Shown: positions 39,277 through 53,290 of the stretch, piece after piece | Layout of the letters: the number at the start of each line of letters is the position of its first letter | How positions within the stretch are numbered: the first letter of the stretch is position 1 | From: the human T2T-CHM13v2.0 reference genome, Homo sapiens | DNA: 64,000 bases | Strand: one strand, 5' to 3' | Assembly: GCF_009914755.1 (NCBI RefSeq) | Contig: NC_060933.1 | Position numbers and translations under genes: made by a program | The notes under the pieces: model-generated | What the model was told of the DNA's origin: nothing | The model's input: only the letters and a program-made list of their open reading frames with translations | Database searches by the model: none

Positions 39277-42200
39277 GTGGATATTTTGATACCTTTGAGG
39301 ATTTCGTTGGACACGGGATATCTTCATATAAAATCTAGACAGAAGCATTCTCAGAAACTTCTTTGTGCTGTATGTCCTCAATTAACAGAGTTGAACCTTT
39401 GTGTGGATACAGCATTTTGGAAACATTCCTTTAGAAGAATCTGCAAGTTGATATTTAGATAGCTAGGAAGATTTCCTTGGAAACGGGAATATCTTCATAT
39501 AAAATCTAGACGGAAGCATTCTCAGAAAGTGCTTTGTGATGTTTGCATTCAAGTCACAGAGTTGAATATTCCCTTTTATAGAGCAGGTTTGAAACACTCT
39601 TTCTGCACTACCTGGAAGTGGACATTTGGAGCGCTTTGAGGCCTATGTTGAAAAAGGAAATATCTTCCCATAAAAACTAGACAGAAGCATTCTCAGAAAC
39701 TTGTTTGTGATGTGTGTATTCAACTAACAGAGATGAACCTTTCTTTTTACAGAGCAGTTTTGAAACACTCTTTTTGTGGAATCTGAAAGTGGATATTTGG
39801 ATAGCTTTGAGGATTTCGTTGGAAACGGGATTACATATAAAACCTAGAGAGAAGCATTCTCAGGAACTTCTTTGTGATGTTTGCCTTCAAGTCACAGGAC
39901 TGAACATTCCCTTTCATAGAGCAGGTTTGAAACACTCTTTCTGTAGTATCTGCAAGCTGACGTTTCAAGCGCTTTCAGGCCTATGGTGAGAAAGGAAATA
40001 TCTTCAAGTAAAAACTAGACAGAAGCATTCTCAGAAACTTATTTGCCATGTGTGTTCTCAACTAACAGAGTTGAACCTTTGTTTTGATACGGCATTTTGG
40101 AAACACTCTTTTTGTAGAATCTGCAGGTGGATATTCGGATAGCTTTGAAGGTTTCGTTGGAAACGGGAATATCTTCATATAAAATCTAGACGGAAGCATT
40201 CTCAGAAACTGCTTTGTGATGTTTTCATTCAAGTCACAGAGTAGAATCTTCCCTGTTATATACCAGGTTTCAGACACTCTTTCTGCACTACCTGGAAGTG
40301 GACATTTGCAGCGCTTTGAGGCCTATGATGAAAAAGGAAATATCTTCCCATAAAAACTAGACAGAAGCATTCTCAGAAACTTGTTTGTGATGTGTGTATT
40401 CAACTAACAGAGATGAACCTTTCTTTTTACAGAGCAGTTTTGAAACACTCTTTTTGTGGAATCTGAAAGTGGATATTTGGATAGCTTTGAGGATTTCGTT
40501 GGAAACGGGATTACATATAAAATCTAGAGAGAAGCATTCTCAGGAACTTCTTTGTGATGTTTGCATTCACGTCACAGAACTGAACATTCCCTTTCATAGA
40601 GCATGTTTGAAACACTCTTTCTGTAGTATCTGCAAACGGACATTTCAAACGCTTTCAGGCCTATGGTGAGAAAGGAAATATCTTCAAATAAAAACTAGAC
40701 AGAAGCATTCTCAGAAACTTATTTGCGATGTGTGTCCTCAACTAACAGAGTTGAACCTTTCTTTTGATACAACATTTTGGAAACACTCTTTTTGTGGAAT
40801 CTGCAAGTGGATATTTGGATAGCTTTGAAGATTTCGTTGGAAACGGGAATATCTTCATATAAAATCAAGACAGAAGCATTCTCAGAAACTTCTCTGTGAT
40901 GTTTGCATTCAACTCATAGAGTTGAACACTTCCCTTCATACAGCAGGTTTGAAACACTCTTTTTGTAATATTTGGAAGTGGACATTTGCAGCGCTTTGAG
41001 GCCTATGATGAAAAAGGTAATATCTTCCCATAAAAACTAGACAGAAGCATTCTCAGAAACTTGTTTGTGATGTGTGTATTCAACTAACAGAGATGAACCT
41101 TTCTTTTTACAGAGCAGTTTTGAAACACTCTTTTTGTGGAATCTGAAAGTGGATATTTGGATAGCTTTGCGGATTTCGTTGGAAACGGGATTACATTTAA
41201 AATCTAGGGAGAAGCATTATCAGGAACTTCTTTGTGATGTTTGCATTCAAGTCACAGAACTGAACATTCCCTTTCATAGAGCAGGTTTGAAACACTCTTT
41301 CTGTAGTATCTGCAAGCGGACGTTTTAAGCGCTTTCAGGCCTGTGGTGAGAAAAGAAATATCTTCAAATAAAAACTAGACAGAAGCATTCTCAGAAACTT
41401 ATTTGCGATGTGTGTCCTCAACTAACAGAGTTGAACCTTTCTTTTGATACAACATTTTGGAAACACTCTTTTTGTAGAATCTGCAAGTGGATATTTGGAT
41501 AGCTTTGAAGGTTTCGTTGGAAACGGGAATATCTTCATATGAAATCAAGACAGAAGCATTCTCAGAAACTTCTCTGTGATGTTTGCATTCAACTCATAGA
41601 GTTGAACATTTCCCTTCATACAGCAGGTTTGAAACACTCTTTTTGTAATATTTGGAAGTGGACATTTGCAGCGCTTTGAGGCCTATGTTGAAAAAGGAAA
41701 TATCTTCTCCTAAAAACCAGACAGAAGCATTCTCAGAAACTTCCTTGTGATGTGTGTACTCAAGTAACAGAGTTGAACCTTCCTTTTGACAGAGCAGTTT
41801 TCAAGCACTCTTTTTGTAGAATCTGCAAGTGGATATTTTGATACCTTTGAGGATTTCGTTGGACACGGGATATCTTCATATAAAATCTAGACAGAAGCAT
41901 TCTCAGAAACTTCTTTGTGCTGTATGTCCTCAATTAACAGAGTTGAACCTTTGTGTGGATACAGCATTTTGGAAACATTCCTTTAGTAGAATCTGCAAGT
42001 TGATATTTAGATAGCTAGGAAGATTTCCTTGGAAACGGGAATATCTTCATATAAAATCTAGACGGAAGCATTCTCAGAAAGTGCTTTGTGATGTTTGCAT
42101 TCAAGTCACAGAGTTGAATATTCCCTTTTATAGAGCAGGTTTGAAACACTCTTTCTGCACTACCTGGAAGTGGACATTTGGAGCGCTTTGAGGCCTATGT

Positions 42201-45200
42201 TGAAAAAGGAAATATGTTCCCATAAAAACTGGACAGAAGCATTCTCAGAAACTTGTTTGTGATGTGTGTATTCAACTAACAGAGATGAACCTTTCTTTTT
42301 ACAGAGCAGTTTTGAAACACTCTTTTTGTGGAATCTGAAAGTGGATATTTGGATAGCTTTGAGGATTTCGTTGGAAACGGGATTACATATAAAACCTAGA
42401 GAGAAGCATTCTCAGGAACTTCTTTGTGATGTTTGCATTCAAGTCACAGGACTGAACATTCCCTTTCATAGAGCAGGTTTGAAACACTCTTTCTGTAGTA
42501 TCTGCAAGCTGACGTTTCAAGCGCTTTCAGGCCTATGGTGAGAAAGGAAATATCTTCAAGTAAAAACTAGACAGAAGCATTCTCAGAAACTTATTTGCCA
42601 TGTGTGTTCTCAACTAACAGAGTTGAACCTTTGTTTTGATACGGCATTTTGGAAACACTCTTTTTGTAGAATCTGCAGGTGGATATTCGGATAGCTTTGA
42701 AGGTTTCGTTGGAAACGGGAATATCTTCATATAAAATCTAGACGGAAGCATTCTCAGAAAGTGCTTTGTGATGTTTGCATTCAAGTCACAGAGTAGAATG
42801 TTCCCTGTTATATACCAGGTTTGAGACACTCTTTCTGCACTACCTGGGAGTGGACGTTTGGAGCGCTTTGAGGCCTATGTTGAAAAAGGAAATATCTTCC
42901 CATAAAAACTAGACAGAAGCATTCTCAGAAACTTGTTTGTGATGTGTGTATTCAACTAACAGGGATGAACCTTTCTTATTACAGAGCAGTTTTGAAACAC
43001 TCTTTTTGTGGACTCTGAAAGTGGATATTTGGATAGCTTTGAGGATTTCGTTGGAAACGGGATTACATATAAAACCTAGAGAGAAGCATTCTCAGGAACT
43101 TCTTTGTGATGTTTGCATTCAAGTCACAGAACTGAACATTCCCTTTCATAGAGCATGTTTGAAACACTCTTTCTGTAGTATCTGCAAACGGACATTTCAA
43201 ACGCTTTCAGGCCTATGGTGAGAAAGGAAATATCTTCAAATAAAAACTAGACAGAAGCATTCTCAGAAACTTGTTTGCGATGTGTTTCCTCAACTAACAG
43301 AGTTGAACCTTTCTTTTGATACAACATTTTGGAAACACTCTTTTTGTAGAATCTGCAAGTGGATATTTGGATAGCTTTGAAGGTTTCTTTGGAAACGGGA
43401 ATATCTTCATATAAAATCAAGACAGAAGCATTCTCAGAAACTTCTCTGTGATGTTTGCATTCAACTCATAGAGTTGAACACTTCCCTTCATACAGCAGGT
43501 TTGAAACACTCTTTTTGTAATATTTGGAAGTGGACATTTGCAGCGCTTTGAGGCCTATGATGAAAAAGGTAATATCTTCCCATAAAAACTAGACAGAAGC
43601 ATTCTCAGAAACTTGTTTGTGATGTGTGTATTCAACTAACAGAGATGAACCTTTCTTTTTACAGAGCAGTTTTGAAACACTCTTTTTGTGGAATCTGAAA
43701 GTGGATATTTGGATAGCTTTGCGGATTTCGTTGGAAACGGGATTACATATAAAATCTAGGGAGAAGCATTCTCAGGAACTTCTTTGTGATGTTTGCATTC
43801 AAGTCACAGAACTGAACATTCCCTTTCATAGAGCAGGTTTGAAACACTCTTTCTGTAGTATCTGCAAGCGGACGTTTTAAGCGCTTTCAGGCCTGTGGTG
43901 AGAAAGGAAATATCTTCAAATAAAAACTAGACAGAAGCATTCTCAGAAACTTATTTGCGATGTGTGTCCTCAACTAACAGAGTTGAACCTTTCTTTTGAT
44001 ACAACATTTTGGAAACACTCTTTTTGTAGAATCTGCAAGTGGATATTTGGATAGCTTTGAAGGTTTCGTTGGAAACGGGAATATCTTCATATGAAATCAA
44101 GACAGAAGCATTCTCAGAAACTTCTCTGTGATGTTTGCATTCAACTCATAGAGTTGAACACTTCCCTTCATACAGCAGGTTTGAAACACTCTTTTTCTAA
44201 TATTTGGAAGTGGACATTTGCAGCGCTTTGAGGCCTATGTTGAAAAAGGAAATATCTTCTCCTAAAAACCAGACAGAAGCATTCTCAGAAACTTCCTTGT
44301 GATGTGTGTACTCAAGTAACAGAGTTGAACCTTCCTTTTGACAGAGCAGTTTTGAAGCACTCTTTTTGTAGAATCTGCAAGTGGATATTTTGATACCTTT
44401 GAGGATTTCGTTGGACACGGGATATCTTCATATAAAATCTAGACAGAAGCATTCTCAGAAACTTCTTTGTGCTGTATGTCCTCAATTAACAGAGTTGAAC
44501 CTTTGTGTGGATACAGCATTTTGGAAACATTCCTTTAGAAGAATCTGCAAGTTGATATTTAGATAGCTAGGAAGATTTCCTTGGAAACGGGAATATCTTC
44601 ATATAAAATCTAGACGGAAGCATTCTCAGAAAGTGCTTTGTGATGTTTGCATTCAAGTCACAGAGTTGAATATTCCCTTTTATAGAGCAGGTTTGAAACA
44701 CTCTTTCTGCACTACCTGGAAGTGGACATTTGGAGCGCTTTGAGGCCTATGTTGAAAAAGGAAATATCTTCCCATAAAAACTAGACAGAAGCATTCTCAG
44801 AAACTTGTTTGTGATGTGTGTATTCAACTAACAGAGATGAACCTTTCTTTTTACAGAGCAGTTTTGAAACACTCTTTTTGTGGAATCTGAAAGTGGATAT
44901 TTGGATAGCTTTGAGGATTTCGTTGGAAACGGGATTACATATAAAACCTAGAGAGAAGCATTCTCAGGAACTTCTTTGTGATGTTTGCCTTCAAGTCACA
45001 GGACTGAACATTCCCTTTCATAGAGCAGGTTTGAAACACTCTTTCTGTAGTATCTGCAAGCTGACGTTTCAAGCGCTTTCAGGCCTATGGTGAGAAAGGA
45101 AATATCTTCAAGTAAAAACTAGACAGAAGCATTCTCAGAAACTTATTTGCCATGTGTGTTCTCAACTAACAGAGTTGAACCTTTGTTTTGATACGGCATT

Positions 45201-46931
45201 TTGGAAACACTCTTTTTGTAGAAACTGCAGGTGGATATTCGGATAGCTTTGAAGGTTTCGTTGGAAACGGGAATATCTTCATATAAAATCTAGACGGAAG
45301 CATTCTCAGAAACTGCTTTGTGATGTTTTCATTCAAGTCACAGAGTAGAATCTTCCCTGTTATATACCAGGTTTCAGACACTCTTTCTGCACTACCTGGA
45401 AGTGGACATTTGCAGTGCTTTGAGGCCTATGATGAAAAAGGAAATATCTTCCCATAAAAACTAGACAGAAGCATTCTCAGAAACTTGTTTGTGATGTGTG
45501 TATTCAACTAACAGAGATGAACCTTTCTTTTTACAGAGCAGTTTTGAAACACTCTTTTTGTGGAATCTGAAAGTGGATATTTGGATAGCTTTGAGGATTT
45601 CGTTGGAAACGGGATTACATATAAAATCTAGAGAGAAGCATTCTCAGGAACTTCTTTGTGATGTTTGCATTCACGTCACAGAACTGAACATTCCCTTTCA
45701 TAGAGCATGTTTGAAACACTCTTTCTGTAGTATCTGCAAACGGACATTTCAAACGCTTTCAGGCCTATGGTGAGAAAGGAAATATCTTCAAATAAAAACT
45801 AGACAGAAGCATTCTCAGAAACTTATTTGCGATGTGTGTCCTCAACTAACAGAGTTGAACCTTTCTTTTGATACAACATTTTGGAAACACTCTTTTTGTG
45901 GAATCTGCAAGTGGATATTTGGATAGCTTTGAAGATTTCGTTGGAAACGGGAATATCTTCATATAAAATCAAGACAGAAGCATTCTCAGAAACTTCTCTG
46001 TGATGTTTGCATTCAACTCATAGAGTTGAACACTTCCCTTCATACAGCAGGTTTGAAACACTCTTTTTGTAATATTTGGAAGTGGACATTTGCAGCGCTT
46101 TGAGGCCTATGATGAAAAAGGTAATATCTTCCCATAAAAACTAGACAGAAGCATTCTCAGAAACTTGTTTGTGATGTGTGTATTCAACTAACAGAGATGA
46201 ACCTTTCTTTTTACAGAGCAGTTTTGAAACACTCTTTTTGTGGAATCTGAAAGTGGATATTTGTATAGCTTTGCGGATTTCGTTGGAAACGGGATTACAT
46301 ATAAAATCTAGGGAGAAGCATTATCAGGAACTTCTTTGTGATGTTTGCATTCAAGTCACAGAACTGAACATTCCCTTTCATAGAGCAGGTTTGAAACACT
46401 CTTTCTGTAGTATCTGCAAGCGGACGTTTTAAGCGCTTTCAGGCCTGTGGTGAGAAAAGAAATATCTTCAAATAAAAACTAGACAGAAGCATTCTCAGAA
46501 ACTTATTTGCGATGTGTGTCCTCAACTAACAGAGTTGAACCTTTCTTTTGATACAACATTTTGGAAACACTCTTTTTGTAGAATCTGCAAGTGGATATTT
46601 GGATAGCTTTGAAGGTTTCGTTGGAAACGGGAATATCTTCATATGAAATCAAGACAGAAGCATTCTCAGAAACTTCTCTGTGATGTTTGCATTCAACTCA
46701 TAGAGTTGAACACTTCCCTTCATACAGCAGGTTTGAAACACTCTTTTTGTAATATTTGGAAGTGGACATTTGCAGCGCTTTGAGGCCTATGTTGAAAAAG
46801 GAAATATCTTCTCCTAAAAACCAGACAGAAGCATTCTCAGAAACTTCCTTGTGATGTGTGTACTCAAGTAACAGATTGAACCTTCCTTTTGACAGAGCAG
46901 TTTTGAAGCACTCTTTTTGTAGAATCTGCAA

Positions 46932-49900
46932 GTGGATATTTTGATACCTTTGAGGATTTCGTTGGACACGGGATATCTTCATATAAAATCTAGACAGAAG
47001 CATTCTCAGAAACTTCTTTGTGCTGTATGTCCTCAATTAACAGAGTTGAACCTTTGTGTGGATACAGCATTTTGGAAACATTCCTTTAGTAGAATCTGCA
47101 AGTTGATATTTAGATAGCTAGGAAGATTTCCTTGGAAACGGGAATATCTTCATATAAAATCTAGACGGAAGCATTCTCAGAAAGTGCTTTGTGATGTTTG
47201 CATTCAAGTCACAGAGTTGAATATTCCCTTTTATAGAGCAGGTTTGAAACACTCTTTCTGCACTACCTGGAAGTGGACATTTGGAGCGCTTTGAGGCCTA
47301 TGTTGAAAAAGGAAATATGTTCCCATAAAAACTGGACAGAAGCATTCTCAGAAACTTGTTTGTGATGTGTGTATTCAACTAACAGAGATGAACCTTTCTT
47401 TTTACAGAGCAGTTTTGAAACACTCTTTTTGTGGAATCTGAAAGTGGATATTTGGATAGCTTTGAGGATTTCGTTGGAAACGGGATTACATATAAAACCT
47501 AGAGAGAAGCATTCTCAGGAACTTCTTTGTGATGTTTGCATTCAAGTCACAGGACTGAACATTCCCTTTCATAGAGCATGTTTGAAACACTCTTTCTGTA
47601 GTATCTGCAAGCTGACGTTTCAAGCGCTTTCAGGCCTATGGTGAGAAAGGAAATATCTTCAAGTAAAAACTAGACAGAAGCATTCTCAGAAACTTATTTG
47701 CCATGTGTGTTCTCAACTAACAGAGTTGAACCTTTGTTTTGATACGGCATTTTGGAAACACTCTTTTTGTAGAATCTGCAGGTGGATATTCGGATAGCTT
47801 TGAAGGTTTCGTTGGAAACGGGAATATCTTCATATAAAATCTAGACGGAAGCATTCTCAGAAACTGCTTTGTGATGTTTTCATTCAAGTCACAGAGTAGA
47901 ATGTTCCCTGTTATATACCAGGTTTGAGACACTCTTTCTGCACTACCTGGAAGTGGACGTTTGGAGCGCTTTGAGGCCTATGTTGAAAAAGGAAATATCT
48001 TCCCATAAAAACTAGACAGAAGCATTCTCAGAAACTTGTTTGTGATGTGTGTATTCAACTAACAGGGATGAACCTTTCTTATTACAGAGCAGTTTTGAAA
48101 CACTCTTTTTGTGGAATCTGAAAGTGGATATTTGGATAGCTTTGAGGATTTCGTTGGAAACGGGATTACATATAAAACCTAGAGAGAAGCATTCTCAGGA
48201 ACTTCTTTGTGATGTTTGCATTCAAGTCACAGAACTGAACATTCCCTTTCATAGAGCATGTTTGAAACACTCTTTCTGTAGTATCTGCAAACGGACATTT
48301 CAAACGCTTTCAGGCCTATGGTGAGAAAGGAAATATCTTCAAATAAAAACTAGACAGAAGCATTCTCAGAAACTTGTTTGCGATGTGTTTCCTCAACTAA
48401 CAGAGTTGAACCTTTCTTTTGATACAACATTTTGGAAACACTCTTTTTGTAGAATCTGCAAGTGGATATTTGGATAGCTTTGAAGGTTTCTTTGGAAACG
48501 GGAATATCTTCATATAAAATCAAGACAGAAGCATTCTCAGAAACTTCTCTGTGATGTTTGCATTCAACTCATAGAGTTGAACACTTCCCTTCATACAGCA
48601 GGTTTGAAACACTCTTTTTGTAATATTTGGAAGTGGACATTTGCAGCGCTTTGAGGCCTATGATGAAAAAGGTAATATCTTCCCATAAAAACTAGACAGA
48701 AGCATTCTCAGAAACTTGTTTGTGATGTGTGTATTCAACTAACAGAGATGAACCTTTCTTTTTACAGAGCAGTTTTGAAACACTCTTTTTGTGGAATCTG
48801 AAAGTGGATATTTGGATAGCTTTGCGGATTTCGTTGGAAACGGGATTACATATAAAATCTAGGGAGAAGCATTCTCAGGAACTTCTTTGTGATGTTTGCA
48901 TTCAAGTCACAGAACTGAACATTCCCTTTCATAGAGCAGGTTTGAAACACTCTTTCTGTAGTATCTGCAAGCGGACGTTTTAAGCGCTTTCAGGCCTGTG
49001 GTGAGAAAGGAAATATCTTCAAATAAAAACTAGACAGAAGCATTCTCAGAAACTTATTTGCGATGTGTGTCCTCAACTAACAGAGTTGAACCTTTCTTTT
49101 GATACAACATTTTGGAAACACTCTTTTTGTAGAATCTGCAAGTGGATATTTGGATAGCTTTGAAGGTTTCGTTGGAAACGGGAATATCTTCATATGAAAT
49201 CAAGACAGAAGCATTCTCAGAAACTTCTCTGTGATGTTTGCATTCAACTCATAGAGTTGAACACTTCCCTTCATACAGCAGGTTTGAAACACTCTTTTTC
49301 TAATATTTGGAAGTGGACATTTGCAGCGCTTTGAGGCCTATGTTGAAAAAGGAAATATCTTCTCCTAAAAACCAGACAGAAGCATTCTCAGAAACTTCCT
49401 TGTGATGTGTGTACTCAAGTAACAGAGTTGAACCTTCCTTTTGACAGAGCAGTTTTGAACCACTCTTTTTGTAGAATCTGCAAGTGGATATTTTGATACC
49501 TTTGAGGATTTCGTTGGACACGGGATATCTTCATATAAAATCTAGACAGAAGCATTCTCAGAAACTTCTTTGTGCTGTATGTCCTCAATTAACAGAGTTG
49601 AACCTTTGTGTGGATACAGCATTTTGGAAACATTCCTTTAGTAGAATCTGCAAGTTGATATTTAGATAGCTAGGAAGATTTCCTTGGAAACGGGAATATC
49701 TTCATATAAAATCTAGACGGAAGCATTCTCAGAAAGTGCTTTGTGATGTTTGCATTCAAGTCACAGAGTTGAATATTCCCTTTTATAGAGCAGGTTTGAA
49801 ACACTCTTTCTGCACTACCTGGAAGTGGACATTTGGAGCGCTTTGAGGCCTATGTTGAAAAAGGAAATATCTTCCCATAAAAACTAGACAGAAGCATTCT

Positions 49901-52900
49901 CAGAAACTTGTTTGCGATGTGTGTATTCAACTAACAGAGATGAACCTTTCTTTTTACAGAGCAGTTTTGAAACACTCTTTTTGTGGAATCTGAAAGTGGA
50001 TATTTGGATAGCTTTGAGGATTTCGTTGGAAACGGGATTACATATAAAACCTAGAGAGAAGCATTCTCAGGAACTTCTTTGTGATGTTTGCCTTCAAGTC
50101 ACAGGACTGAACATTCCCTTTCATAGAGCAGGTTTGAAACACTCTTTCTGTAGTATCTGCAAGCTGACGTTTCAAGCGCTTTCAGGCCTATGGTGAGAAA
50201 GGAAATATCTTCAAGTAAAAACTAGACAGAAGCATTCTCAGAAACTTATTTGAGATGTGTGTTCTCAACTAACAGAGTTGAACCTTTGTTTCGATATGGC
50301 ATTTTGGAAACACTCTTTTTGTAGAATCTGCAGGTGGATATTCGGATAGCTTTGAAGGTTTCGTTGGAAACGGGAATATCTTCATATAAAATCTAGACGG
50401 AAGCATTCTCAGAAACTGCTTTGTGATGTTTTCATTCAAGTCACAGAGTAGAATGTTCCCTGTTATATACCAGGTTTGAGACACTCTTTCTGCACTACCT
50501 GGAAGTGGACGTTTGGAGCGCTTTGAGGCCTATGTTGAAAAAGGAAATATCTTCCCATAAAAACTAGACAGAAGCATTCTCAGAAACTTGTTTGTGATGT
50601 GTGTATTCAACTAACAGGGATGAACCTTTCTTATTACAGAGCAGTTTTGAAACACTCTTTTTGTGGAATCTGAAAGTGGATATTTGGATAGCTTTGAGGA
50701 TTTCGTTGGAAACGGGATTACATATAAAACCTAGAGAGAAGCATTCTCAGGAACTTCTTTGTGATGTTTGCATTCAAGTCACAGGACTGAACATTCCCTT
50801 TCATAGAGCAGGTTTGAAACACTCTTTCTGTAGTATCTGCAAGCTGACGTTTCAAGCGCTTTCAGGCCTATGGTGAGAAAGGAAATATCTTCAAGTAAAA
50901 ACTAGACAGAAGCATTCTCAGAAACTTATTTGCCATGTGTGTTCTCAACTAACAGAGTTGAACCTTTGTTTTGATACGGCATTTTGGAAACACTCTTTTT
51001 GTAGAATCTGCAGGTGGATATTCGGATAGCTTTGAAGGTTTCGTTGGAAACGGGAATATCTTCATATAAAATCTAGACGGAAGCATTCTCAGAAACTGCT
51101 TTGTGATGTTTTCATTCAAGTCACAGAGTAGAATGTTCCCTGTTATATACCAGGTTTGAGACACTCTTTCTGCACTACCTGGAAGTGGACGTTTGGAGCG
51201 CTTTGAGGCCTATGTTGAAAAAGGAAATATCTTCCCATAAAAACTAGACAGAAGCATTCTCAGAAACTTGTTTGTGATGTGTGTATTCAACTAACAGGGA
51301 TGAACCTTTCTTATTACAGAGCAGTTTTGAAACACTCTTTTTGTGGAATCTGAAAGTGGATATTTGGATAGCTTTGAGGATTTCGTTGGAAACGGGATTA
51401 CATATAAAACCTAGAGAGAAGCATTCTCAGGAACTTCTTTGTGATGTTTGCATTCACGTCACAGAACTGAACATTCCCTTTCATAGAGCATGTTTGAAAC
51501 ACTCTTTCTGTAGTATCTGCAAACGGACATTTCAAACGCTTTCAGGCCTATGGTGAGAAAGGAAATATCTTCAAATAAAAACTAGACAGAAGCATTCTCA
51601 GAAACTTGTTTGCGATGTGTTTCCTCAACTAACAGAGTTGAACCTTTCTTTTGATACAACATTTTGGAAACACTCTTTTTGTAGAATCTGCAAGTGGATA
51701 TTTGGATAGCTTTGAAGGTTTCTTTGGAAACGGGAATATCTTCATATAAAATCAAGACAGAAGCATTCTCAGAAACTTCTCTGTGATGTTTGCATTCAAC
51801 TCATAGAGTTGAACACTTCCCTTCATACAGCAGGTTTGAAACACTCTTTTTGTAATATTTGGAAGTGGACATTTGCAGCGCTTTGAGGCCTATGATGAAA
51901 AAGGAAATATCTTCCCATAAAAACTAGACAGAAGCATTCTCAGAAACTTGTTTGTGATGTGTGTATTCAACTAACAGAGATGAACCTTTCTTTTTACAGA
52001 GCAGTTTTGAAACACTCTTTTTGTGGAATCTGAAAGTGGATATTTGGATAGCTTTGCGGATTTCGTTGGAAACGGGATTACATATAAAATCTAGGGAGAA
52101 GCATTCTCAGGAACTTCTTTGTGATGTTTGCATTCAAGTCACAGAACTGAACATTCCCTTTCATAGAGCAGGTTTGAAACACTCTTTCTGTAGTATCTGC
52201 AAGCGGACGTTTTAAGCGCTTTCAGGCCTGTGGTGAGAAAGGAAATATCTTCAAATAAAAACTAGACAGAAGCATTCTCAGAAACTTATTTGCGATGTGT
52301 GTCCTCAACTAACAGAGTTGAAGCTTTCTTTTGATACAACATTTTGGAAACACTCTTTTTGTAGAATCTGCAAGTGGATATTTGGATAGCTTTGAAGGTT
52401 TCGTTGGAAACGGGAATATCTTCATATGAAATCAAGACAGAAGCATTCTCAGAAACTTCTCTGTGATGTTTGCATTCAACTCATAGAGTTGAACACTTCC
52501 CTTCATACAGCAGGTTTGAAACACTCTTTTTCTAATATTTGGAAGTGGACATTTGCAGCGCTTTGAGACCTATGTTGAAAAAGGAAATATCTTCTCCTAA
52601 AAACCAGACAGAAGCATTCTCAGAAACTTCCTTGTGATGTGTGTACTCAAGTAACAGAGTTGAACCTTCCTTTTGACAGAGCAGTTTTGAAGCACTCTTT
52701 TTGTAGAATCTGCAAGTGGATATTTTGATACCTTTGAGGATTTCGTTAGACACGGGATATCTTCATATAAAATCTAGACAGAAGCATTCTCAGAAACTTC
52801 TTTGTGCTGTATGTCCTCAATTAACAGAGTTGAACCTTTGTGTGGATACAGCATTTTGGAAACATTCCTTTAGTAGAATCTGCAAGTTGATATTTAGATA

Positions 52901-53290
52901 GCTAGGAAGATTTCCTTGGAAACGGGAATATCTTCATATAAAATCTAGACGGAAGCATTCTCAGAAAGTGCTTTGTGATGTTTGCATTCAAGTCACAGAG
53001 TTGAATATTCCCTTTTATAGAGCAGGTTTGAAACACTCTTTCTGCACTACCTGGAAGTGGACATTTGGAGCGCTTTGAGGCCTATGTTGAAAAAGGAAAT
53101 ATCTTCCCATAAAAACTAGACAGAAGCATTCTCAGAAACTTGTTTGTGATGTGTGTATTCAACTAACAGAGATGAACCTTTCTTTTTACAGAGCAGTTTT
53201 GAAACACTCTTTTTGTGGAATCTGAAAGTGGATATTTGGATAGCTTTGAGGATTTCGTTGGAAACGGGATTACATATAAAACCTAGAGAG
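46932..53290 (+). repeat. Partial third copy of the super-repeat, lacking one 15-mer (15,19, then truncated)
   Basis: Preceded by the same 1-bp deletion (46875). Only one 15-mer lies before the 19-mer at 49484. The markers gagacctatg and ttagacac at ~52568/52748 match ~9186/9366 at offset 43,382. Confidence 0.85.
49484..52715 (+). repeat. 19-mer HOR variant (third copy)
   Basis: Interval is 3232, with the same tttgagatg and tttcgatatgg markers. Confidence 0.93.

Larger units (their letters stand above)
23965..46931 (+). repeat. 22,967-bp super-repeat copy 2
   Basis: Same HOR order and the same private variants as copy 1. ORF-track coordinates are shifted by exactly 22,967. Confidence 0.93.
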
